DNA of 64,000 nucleotides, taken from NCBI GenBank assembly GCA_002269645.1, contig NIVC01003209.1, forward strand, positions 47,186-111,185, read 5' to 3'. Below are positions 36,301-50,489 of this stretch, piece after piece. The number at the start of each line of letters is the position of its first letter. Position 1 is the stretch's first letter. The notes under the pieces are model-generated. The model was not told the DNA's origin and did no database searches. It worked only from the letters and a program-made list of their open reading frames with translations. The translations under genes and the position numbers were made by a program. This DNA is from Macrostomum lignano. Lineage: Eukaryota.

Positions 36301-39300
36301 CAGCGGCCCGCGGGCGGAGGTTGGGGTGGCTATTTTTACAAACTGGCTGCAGCCCCAAGCAGAGTGGCCAAAAAAGGTTATTGGGGGTTAAAAAAGCAGT
36401 TTTCTGCTTTTTTAGGGATGTTAAAATTGGAAAATTAAAAATTAAAAAAGCCTAAAGCCTGCTCCGGAAAATTTGCAGTTTTCCCATATAAGTTTCAACG
36501 CTGACTTGGCAGAATTCTAGGAGCTCACTTGCTACATACATACATACAGACAGACAAACATCGCACCAGTTTTAGTATAAGGACGAGGCCAACTCCTCCT
36601 TTGGAGAAGAAAGGGGAAGAACTCCCATCACCGGAATTCTGAAGGGGAAGAACTCCCATCAGCTGAAATTTCATGAATTGAATCCCATCTTCCAAATCAT
36701 CTCCAAATCCTCTACAATCTATCAACTCCCATCTCTCATCTCTTGCGCCCTGCGCTCTGATTTTTTTTTTACTCTCTTCTTTCTCCTCACTAATTACTCC
36801 TCTCTACACTTTCATCTCTCTCATCTCTGATCTTTCATCTCTCTTCTCCCTCCTCTCTCCCTTCTCTCGCTTCTCTCTCTCCTCTATTCCTAATCTTCTC
36901 GCTTATCTCTTCTCTCTCTTTTCTCATCTCTACTCCCTTATTTATCTCTTCTCCCTCGTCTTTCGTCTGTACCCTCTCCTGTCTACTCTCCTATCTTCTC
37001 TCTTATCTCTCCCCTTTTCTCTCCTCTCTCATATCTCATCTCTACTCACTTATCTATTGTCTCCGCTCTACTTTCTCTCTTCCCTTTTCTCTCTTCTCTC
37101 TTGTCTCCTCTCCTCTCTTTTCTCTCCTCTCCATTCTCTCTTCTCTCCTCTCATCTCCCCTCATCTCTTCTCTAATCTCGAATCTCTCCTCTCTCATATC
37201 TCTTCTCTACTCACTTATCTATTCTCTCTCCTCTGCTCCCCTTTTACACTTTCCTATATGCTCTCACTCTCATCCTCTCCTTTCTTATCTCCTGTTTTTT
37301 ACACTCCTTTCTACCACCTGTCTCCTCTCGTTTCTCTCCTCTCTGCACTCACATCTTTACCCTCTTCTTTCTCCTCACTACTTTCTTCTCTTAAATCTCT
37401 GATCTTTCATCTCTCTCCTCTCACCTCTCACCTATCTCCTCTGTTTCCTCTCTTCTATTGCCTCTGTACGCTCTTATCCCTCATCTATTCTCTCTCTCCT
37501 ATCATCTCTCTTGTCTCCCTTTGCTATCTCATATCTCCCCTCTCATCTCCTCTCTTCTCTTCTCTCCTTCGTCCCCGCCTTACTCCCCTCTTCTCTCCCA
37601 TCTGTCATGTCTAATCTCTCCACTCATTTCTACTCTGTTTTCTACCATATCATCTCTCTTCTCTTTTCATTCTTCTCTTTACTCTCTTCTCTGACTGATT
37701 GAAGATGCCAAATCCATCAAGATTCTCTCCGCGAAGCAGAAATCCTGTCCGTGCATTTGAACACTATCGAAATCCTCTCCACAAAACAGAAATTCTCTCT
37801 GTTAGGGTTAGGGTTAGAAATTAGAACTACGCACAGCTTCGTGTTAAAAGGCACTGATAAAAATATTGAACTAATTGAATGAATTCATTGCGCAACCGAT
37901 TTCACAGTCAGTCAGTATCAGTCTCAGTTAAAGTTAACAAAAACATTGCGCAATCTAAATCAACCCTCCAATACACAGCAGCAGTGAGAAGTTGAACCCT
38001 CCCCCCAACTTTCTCTATTACGTCTCGCAAAACTAAGTACAATCTTTGCAGAAAGTTAAAAGTATGGAAATGGTTTTTTAAATGCTGTGCTTTTTCTTTT
38101 CATATATAAAGTAAACAACTTATATCCCCGAACTCAGCGTTGCAAGATCTTTCCAGCAATATAAGTGTCTCCTCTCAAAGTTTAAAACTCGAGGAACAGT
38201 TAGCGTTTGAAATTTACCATTTCCCGACTGCTTGCTAGAGAAGCTCGCAATTCATTGAATTTCACTGCCAAGCTAATACACAGGGCTGCCTATGGAGAAA
38301 AAAAGGCGCCGATAATAAAACAAAATGAATCTCGACACAGTCTATCTATTTACACTGTACAACTGATATGTACACTCAGCCCAAGCCCAACCCCCGTTCT
38401 GGGGGAAGCATTAAATTTAACTCAACCCCCCCAACACGCGGGGGTTTTTTTGCATTGAACGCAGAACACGCGCACCCACCACCCCTCAATACACAGCGGC
38501 CCGCGGGCGGAGGTTGGGGTGGCTATTTTTACAAACTGGCTGAAGCCCCAGGCAGAGTGACCAAAGAAGCTTTTTTAGGGATGTTAAAATGAGAAAATTA
38601 AAAATTAAAATAGCCTAAAGCCTGCTCCGAAAAATTTGCAGTTTTCCCATATAAGTTTTGACGTTGACTTGGCAGAATTGTAGGAGCTCACTTACAACAT
38701 ACAGACAAACAACACGTGAGTTTTAGTATATTGACGATGACGAGTGGAACTCCTCCTTCGGATGAGAAAAGGGAAGAACTCCCATCACCGGAATACCATT
38801 CCCTGAAATCCATCAGCTGAAACTCCATGACTTGAATCCCATCTTCCAAATAATCTCCAAATCCTCTGTAAAGCCTTTTTGCTCTCCTCTTTGCCCTTTC
38901 TTCTCTACAGTGTAGTCTCTTATCTCTTCTCTCTAATCTGCTTTCCATCTCTAGTCTTTCATCTCTGCTCTCCCTTCTTTGCTATGTTATATCTAGTCTC
39001 TCCTCTCAACTCTACTCCCTTATGTATCTCTTCTCCCTCGTCTTTCGTCTGTACCCTCTCCTGTCTCTTGTCTCCTCTCTTCTCTCATATCTCTCCTCTT
39101 CACTTCTGTCTCCTGTCTCCTCTCTTCTCTCTTATCTCTCCCTCTTCTCCCCTCTGTCATATGTCATCTTTACTCACTTATCTATCGTCTTTCTTTACCC
39201 TCCCTCTCCTCTCTGCTCTCATTTCTCATATCTCATATACGCTCTCACACTCTACTTTCTTGTCTTCCATCTTTCTTTCCTCCTTTCCACTATCCCCTGT

Positions 39301-39850
39301 CTCTTCTCTTCTCTCTTTTCTCCTCTCCTTTCTCCTTTCATCTTCTTCCCTCTCTTCTCTAATCTCTAATCTCTTCTCTCTTATGTTCTCACGCATCTCT
39401 TCTCATCACATCTCTCATCTCTCCTCTCCTCACTACTTTCCTTCTCTTAACTCTCTCATATCTGATCTTCCATCTCTCTCCTCTCTCCTCTCTCTCTTCT
39501 CCTTTCGCTTCTCTCTCCTTTCTCTCCTCTCATCTCTACTATCTTCTCCCTGGTCTTTCGTCTCTACTCTCTCCTGTCTCCTTTCTCCCCTCTTTTCTCC
39601 TCTCTTCTCTCTCATGTCTTCCCTCCTCTCTCATCCCTCATCCCCTCATCTCACTCTTTCTTTCTCCTCTTCTCTCCCCTCTCTTCTATTTCCTCTGTAC
39701 GCTCTTATCCCTTATCTATTCTCTCTCCTATTATCTCTCTTGTATCCCTTTGCTATCTCATATCTCCCCTCTCATCTCCTCTCTCCTCTTCTCTTCTCTC
39801 TCCTTCGTTCCCGCCTTACTTCCCTCTTCTCTCCTATCTGTCATGTCTAA

Positions 39851-42800
39851 TCCATATACTAAAAATGAGTTGTTTGTTTGTACGCAATCGATTATCTCCC
39901 AAATGGCTGAACCGATTTTGTTCGAATTTGCACTGTTCGATCAGAAATTTTCCCGGGACGGTACATGCATCTTGGCTAAGAAATTGCTAAATGCTAAAGG
40001 GATTAAATATTCGAAAAACATGCTTTTTTGCAAAGGTCAAGCAAACTTTTCGACTTGAAATGCATTGTAAGAATGCTAGAGAAAAAACTGACTGACTGAA
40101 TTCCGATTGTGATAAAGATTGCATCACAACAAGTTGAAAACAGTGCCGAACAAATGCACACAAAACTTGAATGAAATTGCGTAACCATATTGCCAACTTA
40201 AATTGAGACTGATTCTGGCTGACTGAGAAATTGATTATGTCATAATTTTTTACTCCAATTGACTTGCTGTAAGAATTGAATTATAAGGGCCACAATTCAT
40301 GTTCTCCAATTGAAAAGAGATAGCCAAGATGCGAACAGACTGGACTGCTACTGTAGCGACCTGGGTTCGAATCTTAGTAGTGCAAAAAAGATTTTTTTAA
40401 TTAAAACACCTAAAAAACACAAAACTACTAAACATAAAAGAAGCGCAATGTGAAACATAGAAGAGCCACCATGTCGAACATTAAAGAGCCACCATGTCGA
40501 ACATAAAAGAGCCAACATGTCAAACATAAAGAGCCACCATGTCAAACATTAAAGAGCCACCATGTCGAACATTAAAGAGCCACCATGTCGAACATAAAAG
40601 AGCCAATATGTCAAACATAAAGAGCCACCATGTCAAACATTTAAGAGCCACCATGTAAAACATTAAAGAGCCACCATGTCAAACATAAAAGAGCCAACAT
40701 GTCAAACATAAAGAGCCACCATGTCAAACATTTAAGAGCCACCATGTAAAACATTAAAGAGCCACCATGTCAAACATTTAAGAGCCACCATTTGAAACAT
40801 TAAAGAGTCACCATGTCAAACATAAAAGAGCCAACATGTCAAACATAAAGAGCCACCATGTCAAACATTTAGGAGCCACCATGTCAAACATTAAAGAGCC
40901 ACCATGTCAAACATTTAAGAGCCACCATGTTAAACATTAAAGAGCCACAATGTAGAATATTAAAGAGCTACCATGTCAAACATTTAAGAGCCACCATGTC
41001 AAACATTTAAGAGCCACCATGTCAAACATTTAAGAGCCACCATGTCAAACCTAAAAGAGCCACCATGTCGAACATAAAAGAGCTATACCATGAAAAACAT
41101 TAAAGAGCCACTTTCTCGAACATTAAAGAGCCACCATGTCAAACATTTAAGAGCCACCATGTCAAACATTTAAGAGCCACCATGTCAAACATTTAAGAGC
41201 CACCATGTCAAACCTAAAAGAGCCACAATGTCGAACATAAAAGAGCTATACCATGAAAAACATTAAAGAGCCACTTTCTCGAACATTAAAGAGCCACCAT
41301 GTCAAACATTTAAGAGCCACCATGTCAATTATATATGTGTCTTTATGTCAAACATTAAAGAGCCACCATTTCGAACATTAAGGAGCCACCATGTCAAACA
41401 TTTAAAAGCCACCTTGTCAAACATTAAATAGCCACTTTGTCGAACATTAAAGAGCCACTGTGTCAAACATAAAAGAGCCACTGTTTCAAACAAGAGCCAC
41501 CAGGTTAAACATTAAAGAGCCACCATGTCAAACAATAAAGAGGCACCATGTCAAACATAAAAGAGCCACCATGTAAAACATAAAAGAGCCACCATGTCTG
41601 ACATTAAAAAGCCATCGTTTCAAACATAAAACAGTTGCCATGTAGAACATAAAACAGGCACCATGTCAAACATAAAATTTACACAATTTCAAACATAAAA
41701 GTAAGCGAATTTTAAAGGAGCCACTATAATGCTAAGGAAATTGTCGCACTAGCTACTTATTGTCTGGTGGATGCTTGCTATTTGGGGATGCTATCTATGT
41801 AGGGGATGCTTGCTATCTGGCGGATGCTTGCTATCTGGGGGATGCTTGCTATCTAGGGGATGCTTGCTATCCGGGGGTTGCTTGTAATCTGGAGGATGCT
41901 TGCTATCTGGGGGATGCTTGCTGTCTTGGGATGTAAGAATTGAGTTATAAGGACAGCAATTCATGTTCTCCAATTGAAAAGAGATAGCCTAGATGCGAAC
42001 AGACTGAACTGCTAATGTAGCGACCTGGGTTCCAATATTAGTAGTGCAAAAAGATTTTTTTATTAAAACACCTTAAAAACCAAAAATGTTACACATAAAA
42101 GAAGCGCAATGTCAAACATAAAAGTCGCACCATGTCAAACATAAAAGAGTCACCATGTCAAACATAAAAAAGCCACCATGTAAGACATAAAAGAGCCACC
42201 ATGAAAGATATAAAGGAGCCACCATGTAAGACATAGAGCCACCATGTCGAAGATTAAAGTGCTACCATGTCAAACATAGAAGAGCCAACATGTCAAACAT
42301 TAAAGAGCTGTTATGTCAAACACAAAAGAGCCACCATGTCAAACATTAAAGAGACACCATGTCAAACATTAAAGAAACACCATGTCAAACATGAAAGAGC
42401 CACCATGTCAAACATTAAAGAGCCACCATGTCAAACATTAAAGAGCCATCATGTCGAACATAAAATAGCCACTATGTCGAACATAAAAGAGCCACCATGT
42501 CAAACATATACGTGACTCCATGTCAAACATTAAAGAGCCACCTCGTCGAACATAAAAGAGCCACCATGTCAAACATACACGTGACTCCATGTCCAACATT
42601 TTAGAGCCGCCATGTCAAACAATAAAGAGCCACAATGTTAAACATAAAAAAGCTACAAAGTCAGACATATGCGTGACTCCATGTCAAACAGTAAAGAGCC
42701 ACCATGTCAAACATTAAAGTGACTGCATGTCAAACATTAAAGAGCCACCATGTCAAACAATAAAGAGCCACAATGTCAAAAATAAAAGAGCCAACACGTC

Positions 42801-45367
42801 AAACATATACGTGACTCCATGTCAAACATTAAAGAGCAACCATTTCGAACATAAAAGAGCCACCATGTCAAACATCTACGTGACTCCATGTCAAACATTA
42901 AACATACAAGAGAGACAACATGCCACACAATGAAGCCACTATGTCAAACATATACGTGAGTGCATGTCAAACATTAAAGAGCAACCATTTCGAACATAAA
43001 AGAGCCACCATGTCAAACATCAATGTGACTCCATGTCAAACATTAAAAATACAAGAAAGACAACATGCCACACATAAGGGAGCCACTATGTCAAACATAT
43101 ACGTGACTGCATGTCAAACATTAAAGAGCAACCATTTCAAACATAAAAGAGCCACCATGTCAAACATCTATGTGACTCCATGTCAAACATTAAACATACA
43201 AGAAAGACAACATGCCACACATGTGTGTGTGTGTGTGTATGTGTGTGTGTGATCGATTTTAGCAAAAACGGCTCAACCGATTTTGTTCGAACTTGCACTA
43301 TTCGATCAGAAATTTTCCTGGTACGGTACATGCATCTTGGCTAAGAAACTGCTCAATATTAAAGGGATTAAATATTCGAAAAACATGCTTTTTTGCAAAG
43401 GTCAAGCAGCTATTTCGACTTGAAACGCACTGTAAAAATGCTAGAGAAAAAACTGACTGACTGAATTCCGATTGTGATAAAGATTGCATCACAACAAGTT
43501 GAAAACAGTGCCGAACAAATGCACACAAAACTTGAATGTCAAACATTAAAGAGCCATCATGTCGAACATAAAATAGCCACTATGTCGAACATAAAAGAGC
43601 CACCATGTCAAACATATACGTGACTCCATGTCAAACATTAAAGAGCCACCTCGTCGAACATAAAAGAGCCACCATGTCAAACATACACGTGACTCCATGT
43701 CCAACATTTTAGAGCCGCCATGTCAAACAATAAAGAGCCACAATGTTAAACATAAAAAAGCTACAAAGTCAGACATATGCGTGACTCCATGTCAAACAGT
43801 AAAGAGCCACCATGTCAAACATACACGTGACTGCATGTCAAACATTAAAGAGCCACCATGTCAAACAATAAAGAGCCACAATGTCAAAAATAAAAGAGCC
43901 AACACGTCAAACATATACGTGACTCCATGTCAAACATTAAAGAGCAACCATTTCGAACATAAAAGAGCCACCATGTCAAACATCTACGTGACTCCATGTC
44001 AAACATTAAACATACAAGAGAGACAACATGCCACACAATGAAGCCACTATGTCAAACATATACGTGAGTGCATGTCAAACATTAAAGAGCAACCATTTCG
44101 AACATAAAAGAGCCACCATGTCAAACATCAATGTGACTCCATGTCAAACATTAAAAATACAAGAAAGACAACATGCCACACATAAGGGAGCCACTATGTC
44201 AAACATATACGTGACTGCATGTCAAACATTAAAGAGCAACCATTTCAAACATAAAAGAGCCACCATGTCAAACATCTATGTGACTCCATGTCAAACATTA
44301 AACATACAAGAAAGACAACATGCCACACATAAGGGAGCCACTATGTCAAACATATACGTGACTGCATGTCAAACATTAAAGAGCAACCATTTCGAACATA
44401 AAAGAGCCACCATGTCAAACATCTATGTGACTCCATGTCAAACATTAAAAATACAAGAAAGACAACATGCCACACATAAGGGAGCCACTATGTCAAACAT
44501 ATACGCGACTCCATGTCAAACATTAATCATAAAAGAGACACCATGCCACACATAAGGGAGCCACCATGTCGAGCATATACGTGAATCCATGTCAAATATT
44601 AAAGAGCCACCATGTCGAACATAACAGAGACACAATTTCAAACGTAAAAGGGCCGCCATGTCAAACATAGAAGAGTCACCATGTCAAACATTAAAGTGCT
44701 ACCATGTCAAACATTAAAGTGCTACCATGCCAAACATAAAAGAGCCACCATGTCAAACATTAAAGTGCTACCATGTCAAACATAGAAGAGGCACCATGTC
44801 AAACATAGAAGAGCCACCATTTCAAACATAAAAGAGACACAGTTTCAAACATAAAAAGAAGTGTCATGCCAAACAAAATGGAGCCTCTATAAAGCTAAGG
44901 AAATTGTTGCACTAGCTACTTGTTCTCTGGTGGACGAGATAAGAAAACTGTTATGGCACAAGATGAGAAAACTATCATTGCACGAGACGAGAAAACTGTA
45001 ATTTCATTAGATGAGAAAACTATTATTGCATTAGCTTAGACGACTATTATTGCACAGGATGAGAAAACTATGATTGAACTAGGGGGATCATTTTAAAACC
45101 GACTGAGGGATCATTGCAAACCTGACTGGGGGATCATTGCAAACCTGATTGGGGTATTGTTGGTAGATTCTTAGAAACCGATTCTGCAATGTGGATTACC
45201 AATTTTATAAATAAATGGTACGAAAGTTTTCTAAGTGTACTCATACTTTAAGACACCATGCTTATTGTTACCAATGACGCCATACTAATCGCTACCAGAA
45301 TTTAAATAAATCTCTTGCTCTTGCTCTTTCTTATCGGCCGCCCCGAAGGGGGGCACTAGATTGCTAG
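39851..45367 (+). mobile_element. Non-autonomous Helitron (5.5 kb) carrying satellite arrays
   Basis: 5' TC, 3' CTAG, and a GC hairpin GCCCC-GAAGG-GGGGC (45340-45354) shortly before the end. Inserted between A and T with no TSD; the empty site GTCTAA|TCTCTCCACTC is intact in other array units. Confidence 0.85.
40440..44880 (+). repeat. ~21-bp satellite (AAAGAGCCACCATGTCAAACAT) in two blocks with higher-order duplications
   Basis: Well over 100 degenerate copies. A separate 21-bp repeat (GGATGCTTGCTATCTGG) lies at 41760-41925. Confidence 0.92.
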
Positions 45368-45718
45368 TCTCTCCACTCATTTCTACTCTGTTTTCTACCA
45401 TATCATCTCTCTTCTCTTTTCGCTCTTCTCTTTACTCTCTTCTCTGACTGATTGAAGATGCTAAATCCATCAAGATCCTCTCCGCGAAGCAGAAATCCTG
45501 TCCGTGCAACTGAAAACCATCGAAATCCTCTCCGTGAAACTGGACTCCTTCGAAATCCTCTCCTTAAAACTGAACACCATCGAAATCCTCTCCACGAAAC
45601 AGAAATCCTCTCCGTCAGAATTAAAACATTGAAATCGTCTCCGCTAAACTTGACTTAATCGAATTTTTTCCGTCAAACAACTCAACTCGCCAGATTCATT
45701 AGGGTTAGGGTTAGGGTT

Positions 45719-48700
45719 TGTTGAAGTTTGCTTCTTTTAATTAAGTATATTTTATCAGTTTGAACAAAAAAAATACACAAGATGAAAAATTGAGCAGTTT
45801 GGGGGGCACTTAAAGTATTAGCGTATTTGCGATATGAACTAACAACCATAGATATATCGGTACGATACTGTATTGAATATTTATTGAACTTTCTAGAAAG
45901 GGATACGCACAGCTATTTGCATTAACAATATTAATCAATATTATGTATCTGACAATTACTATATAAAGTACTAAAAGTACGAGCTATATACTATAAACAA
46001 CACTCCCACTTAATTGTCAGAAACTTATCATTGGAAGATTTAAGTTAATCGCGGTAGATTACTCAGTAGTCTCTGATATTAAAAATGGATGACAATGACA
46101 TTAGTTACTTCAGTTACTCCAGTTACTTCAATTCATATCCATACACTTAATACCAAGCATTGATCGCAGATTTTCAAACTGATGCCTGGGAATTGGCTTT
46201 GTTAGAATGTCCGCCAGCATTTCCTTTGTCGGACAGTATTCCAGTTTCACAGTACCAGCTTGAATAGCATCTCGAATAAAATGATAGCGGATGTCAATAT
46301 GCTTTGTCCGCTTGTGTCGAATCGGATTTTTTGACATTGCAATGGCTCCTTGATTGTCTTCCTTAATTACAGTTGACCCAGTGACATTGGCACCCAAATC
46401 GCTTACAAGTCGACGAAGCCATATTGCCTCCTGTGTCGCAGACGCAAGGGCCATGTACTCAGCTTCTGTCGTTGACAACGCCACCGTGGTTTGCTTTTGA
46501 CTTAACCATGTTACTGCTCCACCGGCCATAATGAAAACACTTCCAGTGACTGAGCGTCTGCTATCCAAGTCCGACGCCCAATCAGCGTCTGAGTAGCCAA
46601 TGATCTCGTTACTTCCAGACTTCTCATATTTCAGAACGACGTCCGATGAGCCTTTCAGGTATCGAAGAATTCTCTTGGCAGCGGTGAGATGAGCCTCAGT
46701 TGGTTTGGAATTGAATTTCGATACTGCTCCCACTGCTTGAGCAATGTCTGGCCGTGTAGCGATCGCTGCGTACAATAGGCTGCCTACAATTGATTGATAG
46801 GCCTTTGGATCCACGAATTTGCTGTAGCCATCGTTTTCAACGAGCTTGACGCTTGAATCCATTGGGGTTGTGGCTGGGTTTGCTTCCAACATTTTAAACT
46901 TCTTCAGTAGTTGCATAATGTATTGCTTCTGATGAAGTTGAAGAAATCGTCTCTCTGAGTCAATCACTATTGTCACTCCTAAACAGTAATGAAGCTCTCC
47001 CATATCTTTCATCTTGAATCGTCGAGTGAATTCCTCCTTGATACTCTGCATTTCATCCATAGTATCAGTAGCCATCACCAAGTCGTCAACATAAACCGCA
47101 ATGATTGACGTGTTTCCAAGTTTGCGAGTGAACACACATGGGTCTGTTCCACTTTCCTTGAATCCAATCGAGATTAGGTAATCACAGAGGGTCTTGTTCC
47201 AACACCGGGGTGATTGCTTTAGACCATATAGCGATCTTTTCAGCTTGCAGACTAAATTCTCTTCGTCGCATTTAACGTATCCGGGTGGTTGATCCATGAA
47301 GATTTCTTCTGTTAAATGTCCGTTTAGAAATGCAGTGACCACATCCATTTGATGAATGTGCATTTCTCGTTGAGTTGCGAATGCCAGTATAGTACGGATT
47401 GATGAGAATCTTACCACAGGAGAAAACGTCTCGTCATAATCCACTCCAGGTTGTTGAGAATACCCTTTGGAAACCAGGCGTCCTTTGAATCGTTCAATGT
47501 TTCCGCAGCTGTCATGCTTCACTTTGAATACCCACTTGCAGCCAACAGTCTTTCGTCCTTCTGGAAAAGGAACTAATTCCCACGTATCATTTTCTATCAG
47601 AGAGTTGTATTCCGAGTCTGTTGCTTCTTTCCATTCCTTCGCATTGTCACAACTCCAAGCCTCGTCAATCGATCTGGGTTCCAAAATCTCCATGGCTCGA
47701 AAAGCACGATGTTGTGGCTCTGTTGTACTTAGGCTAGCTACTTCGAAGTTCTCATTGTATTGAAAACGCTCTGGGGTTTTCCTTTGTCGCGTGGTCGTTG
47801 GCAGAATTTGTTGGATTTCAGTTTCAATTTCTTCATTCGGAGTTGTTCGGCTGTTGTGCTCGTCGAGGTTGACTTCCATATGTGAATTTATCTTTTCATT
47901 GTTCTGCTGGAAATCATTCAACTTTCCGAAGTCTCCCTCATTGAAGATGACATCGTAACGAACAACTGTTTTCCTAGTTCTTTCGTCAAACAATCTGTAG
48001 CCCTTTTGATTGTCACTGTAGCCAACGAACCTTAGCTTGGTAGTCTTCTTATCAAGTTTTTGTCTCTCTACTGTAGGAATGTGAGCATAAGCTACACAGC
48101 CAAACGTTCGAAGATGTGAGATGTTTGGCTTTCGTCCACACCATCTTTCGTAGGGTGTCATCATTGGCGCTACCGAGTTCGTCGGGACTCTGTTGCGGAT
48201 ATACGCGGCTGTGTTGATGGCTTCTGCCCAATAAGCATTGCTAAGACCAGCATGAGTTATCATTGTTCTAGCAGATTCGATGGAGTACGGTTCATTCTTT
48301 CAGCAACACCGTTCTGTTCTGGTGTGTGGGCTACCGAAATTTCGTGTCGAATTCCTTTTGCAAGTAAAAACGCAGAAAATTCTTTGGACATGTACTCTCC
48401 TCCACCATCAGTTCGGAGAACTTTTATTGTTTTTTCAGTCTCATTTGTCACCTGCGCTTCGAATTCCTTAAACTTCTGGAAGACTTCAGACTTAGTCTTC
48501 AGAAAATAGACCTTCACAATGCGAGAGAAGTCATCGATGAAAGTCGCAAAAAATCGATTCCCGCCAAACGACTGCGTCTGCATTGGTCCACAAATGTCAC
48601 TGTGCACAAGTTGCAGTACTTCTGATAAGCGAATTTCTCCCACTGATTTGTGATTCTTTCGATGCGCCTTTCCTTCAACGCACGCTTCACAGAAATTCAT

Positions 48701-50489
48701 ATCACTCACAATGGAAGTGTCAGTACCCTCGACGTACCTTTTCTTGAATAGTTGTTCGAGTTGATTTCTGTGGAGATGTCCTAGACGATGATGCCACAAA
48801 TTGGCAGTTTCGAGCTCTGACTTTGTAGTCGTTACTGCAGCTGTAGCTAAGTTGCAATCTACATCACACTCAAGTTGATACAATCGATCAACTAGTGTTC
48901 CAAAGCCTACTAGCTTCCCTGTTTGGTTTCGAATCCAGCACCTAGTGTGACCAAACTGAATGACATTGTTCTTAAGTGTAGCCGCACGTACACTGAACAG
49001 ATTGCAGGCTAGTCTAGGTACGAAAAGTACAGATCCAAGTACTGCGTTAGAACGCTCACCACCAGGGAGTCTCGTGACGATGTTCACTCGTCCAGTTCCG
49101 TAAGCTTGAACTGTTCGCCCGTCTCCGAGCCCTACATTTTCCGGTTCATCGAATTCAGTGTAGTCTTTTAGAGCATTCCTTTGACAGGTCATATGTCTTG
49201 TCGCACCAGAGTCAATTATCCACCGTGCAGTTGTGTCCTGAGGACCAGTTTCTTCAGAGGTAAGAAATGTAGCGGCACTATCGGCTATCTCGTTGTCCAG
49301 GTTCGGATTCGAATGACTCGTACTTTCTGCAGTTTTAGCTTTATGCAGAGTCGATTTTGAGTTTTGCTGCCTGTTGCTCACGTTGAACCTGCACTCTCTA
49401 CTGAAGTGTCCTTCCTTGCCACATGTTTAGCACTTAATTGGTCTGCGTCCCTTAAATTTGTCAACACGAAGAGCAGATTCCGAATCACGGGATTCGTATT
49501 TCATAGTTTCACTTCGTTTCATTTCTTCATTAAGCAGTGCTTGTTGAACCGTCAGCAAAGTCAGCTCCTCTTCCTTTTGGGTCTCCAGAGCCGTAACCAG
49601 ATGACTGTAGCTGTCAGGTAGACTGCTAAGAAGAATCACAACCTGGTCTTCGTCAGACACAGCAGCATTAATGGACGCCAGCTTGTCAGTTAACTCCTTC
49701 AGACAGCGAATGTGCTCCTGAACTGGAGTCCCATCAGTCATCTGCAGTCTAAATAGTTTTTTCTTCAAAAACAACTTGTTGGCAGTCGAGTCACGTTCGA
49801 AATGACCACATAAAATTTGCCACATCTGCCTCGGATCATCATCGCATGTAGTCACAAGGTAGATGTACTCACTGCTGAGAGACAGAACTATCATTGCTGC
49901 TGCTCGCTGTTGCTGTTCCTTGAATTCATTGCGTCGTGCTTCATTTGCGTCTTGCTGAAGAACATCTTCTCCGGTAGCTATGCCCCAGAGTCTTCTTGCG
50001 ATTAAGCAATGTTTCATTTGGATTTTCCACGTCATCCAATTGTCCTTCGTGAGCTTCTCTATGTGCCATTTTTCTTCGCTTGCAGCCATAGCAACGTAAC
50101 TGATCGACCGAGCGATCAAGTTTCCAGACGGCACGAACAACCAGATTACCAGAATGATCTAGTACATCGAAGTACTCGCAGTGGCCTCGGCTGGGCCCAT
50201 AACCTGTTGAAGTTTGCTTCTTTTAATTAAGTATATTTTATCAGTTTGAACAAAAAAAATACACAAGATGAAAAATTGAGCAGTTTGGGGGGGCACTTAA
50301 AGTATTAGCGTATTTGCGATATGAACTAACAACCATAGATATATCGGTACGATACTGTATTGAATATTTATTGAACTTTCTAGAAAGGGATACGCACAGC
50401 TATTTGCATTAACAATATTAATCAATATTATGTATCTGACAATTACTATATAAAGTACTAAAAGTACGAGCTATATACTATAAACAACA
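45719..50489 (-). mobile_element. Ty1/Copia LTR retrotransposon, full length and recent
   Basis: LTRs 45719-46002 and 50205-50489 appear identical except for one G in a homopolymer. 5-bp TSD GGGTT. PBS GGTTATGGGCCCAG (50204-50191), the copia-type half-tRNAiMet primer site. Purine tract AGTGGGAG next to the 3' LTR. Confidence 0.96.
46128..50140 (-). pseudogene. gag-pol: Copia gag-pol polyprotein with one premature stop and one frameshift
   Basis: Knuckle C*TCGKEGHFSREC (TAA at 49427-49429); PR WIIDSGAT; IN HSDICGP, TDGGGEY and QNGVAERMNRT; 1-nt deletion near 48285; RT AVYVDD; RH YSDADWA and EDNQ. Confidence 0.94.

Noticed and set aside
40440-44880. CRISPR array or repeat-protein genes (MSNIKEPPCQT...)
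   Set aside because: Monomers are directly adjacent and degenerate, with no unique spacers or cas genes; eukaryotic context.
48255-49430. Programmed readthrough or frameshift in the Copia element
   Set aside because: The stop falls inside the zinc knuckle and the frameshift inside the integrase core, which fits mutation or sequencing error better.
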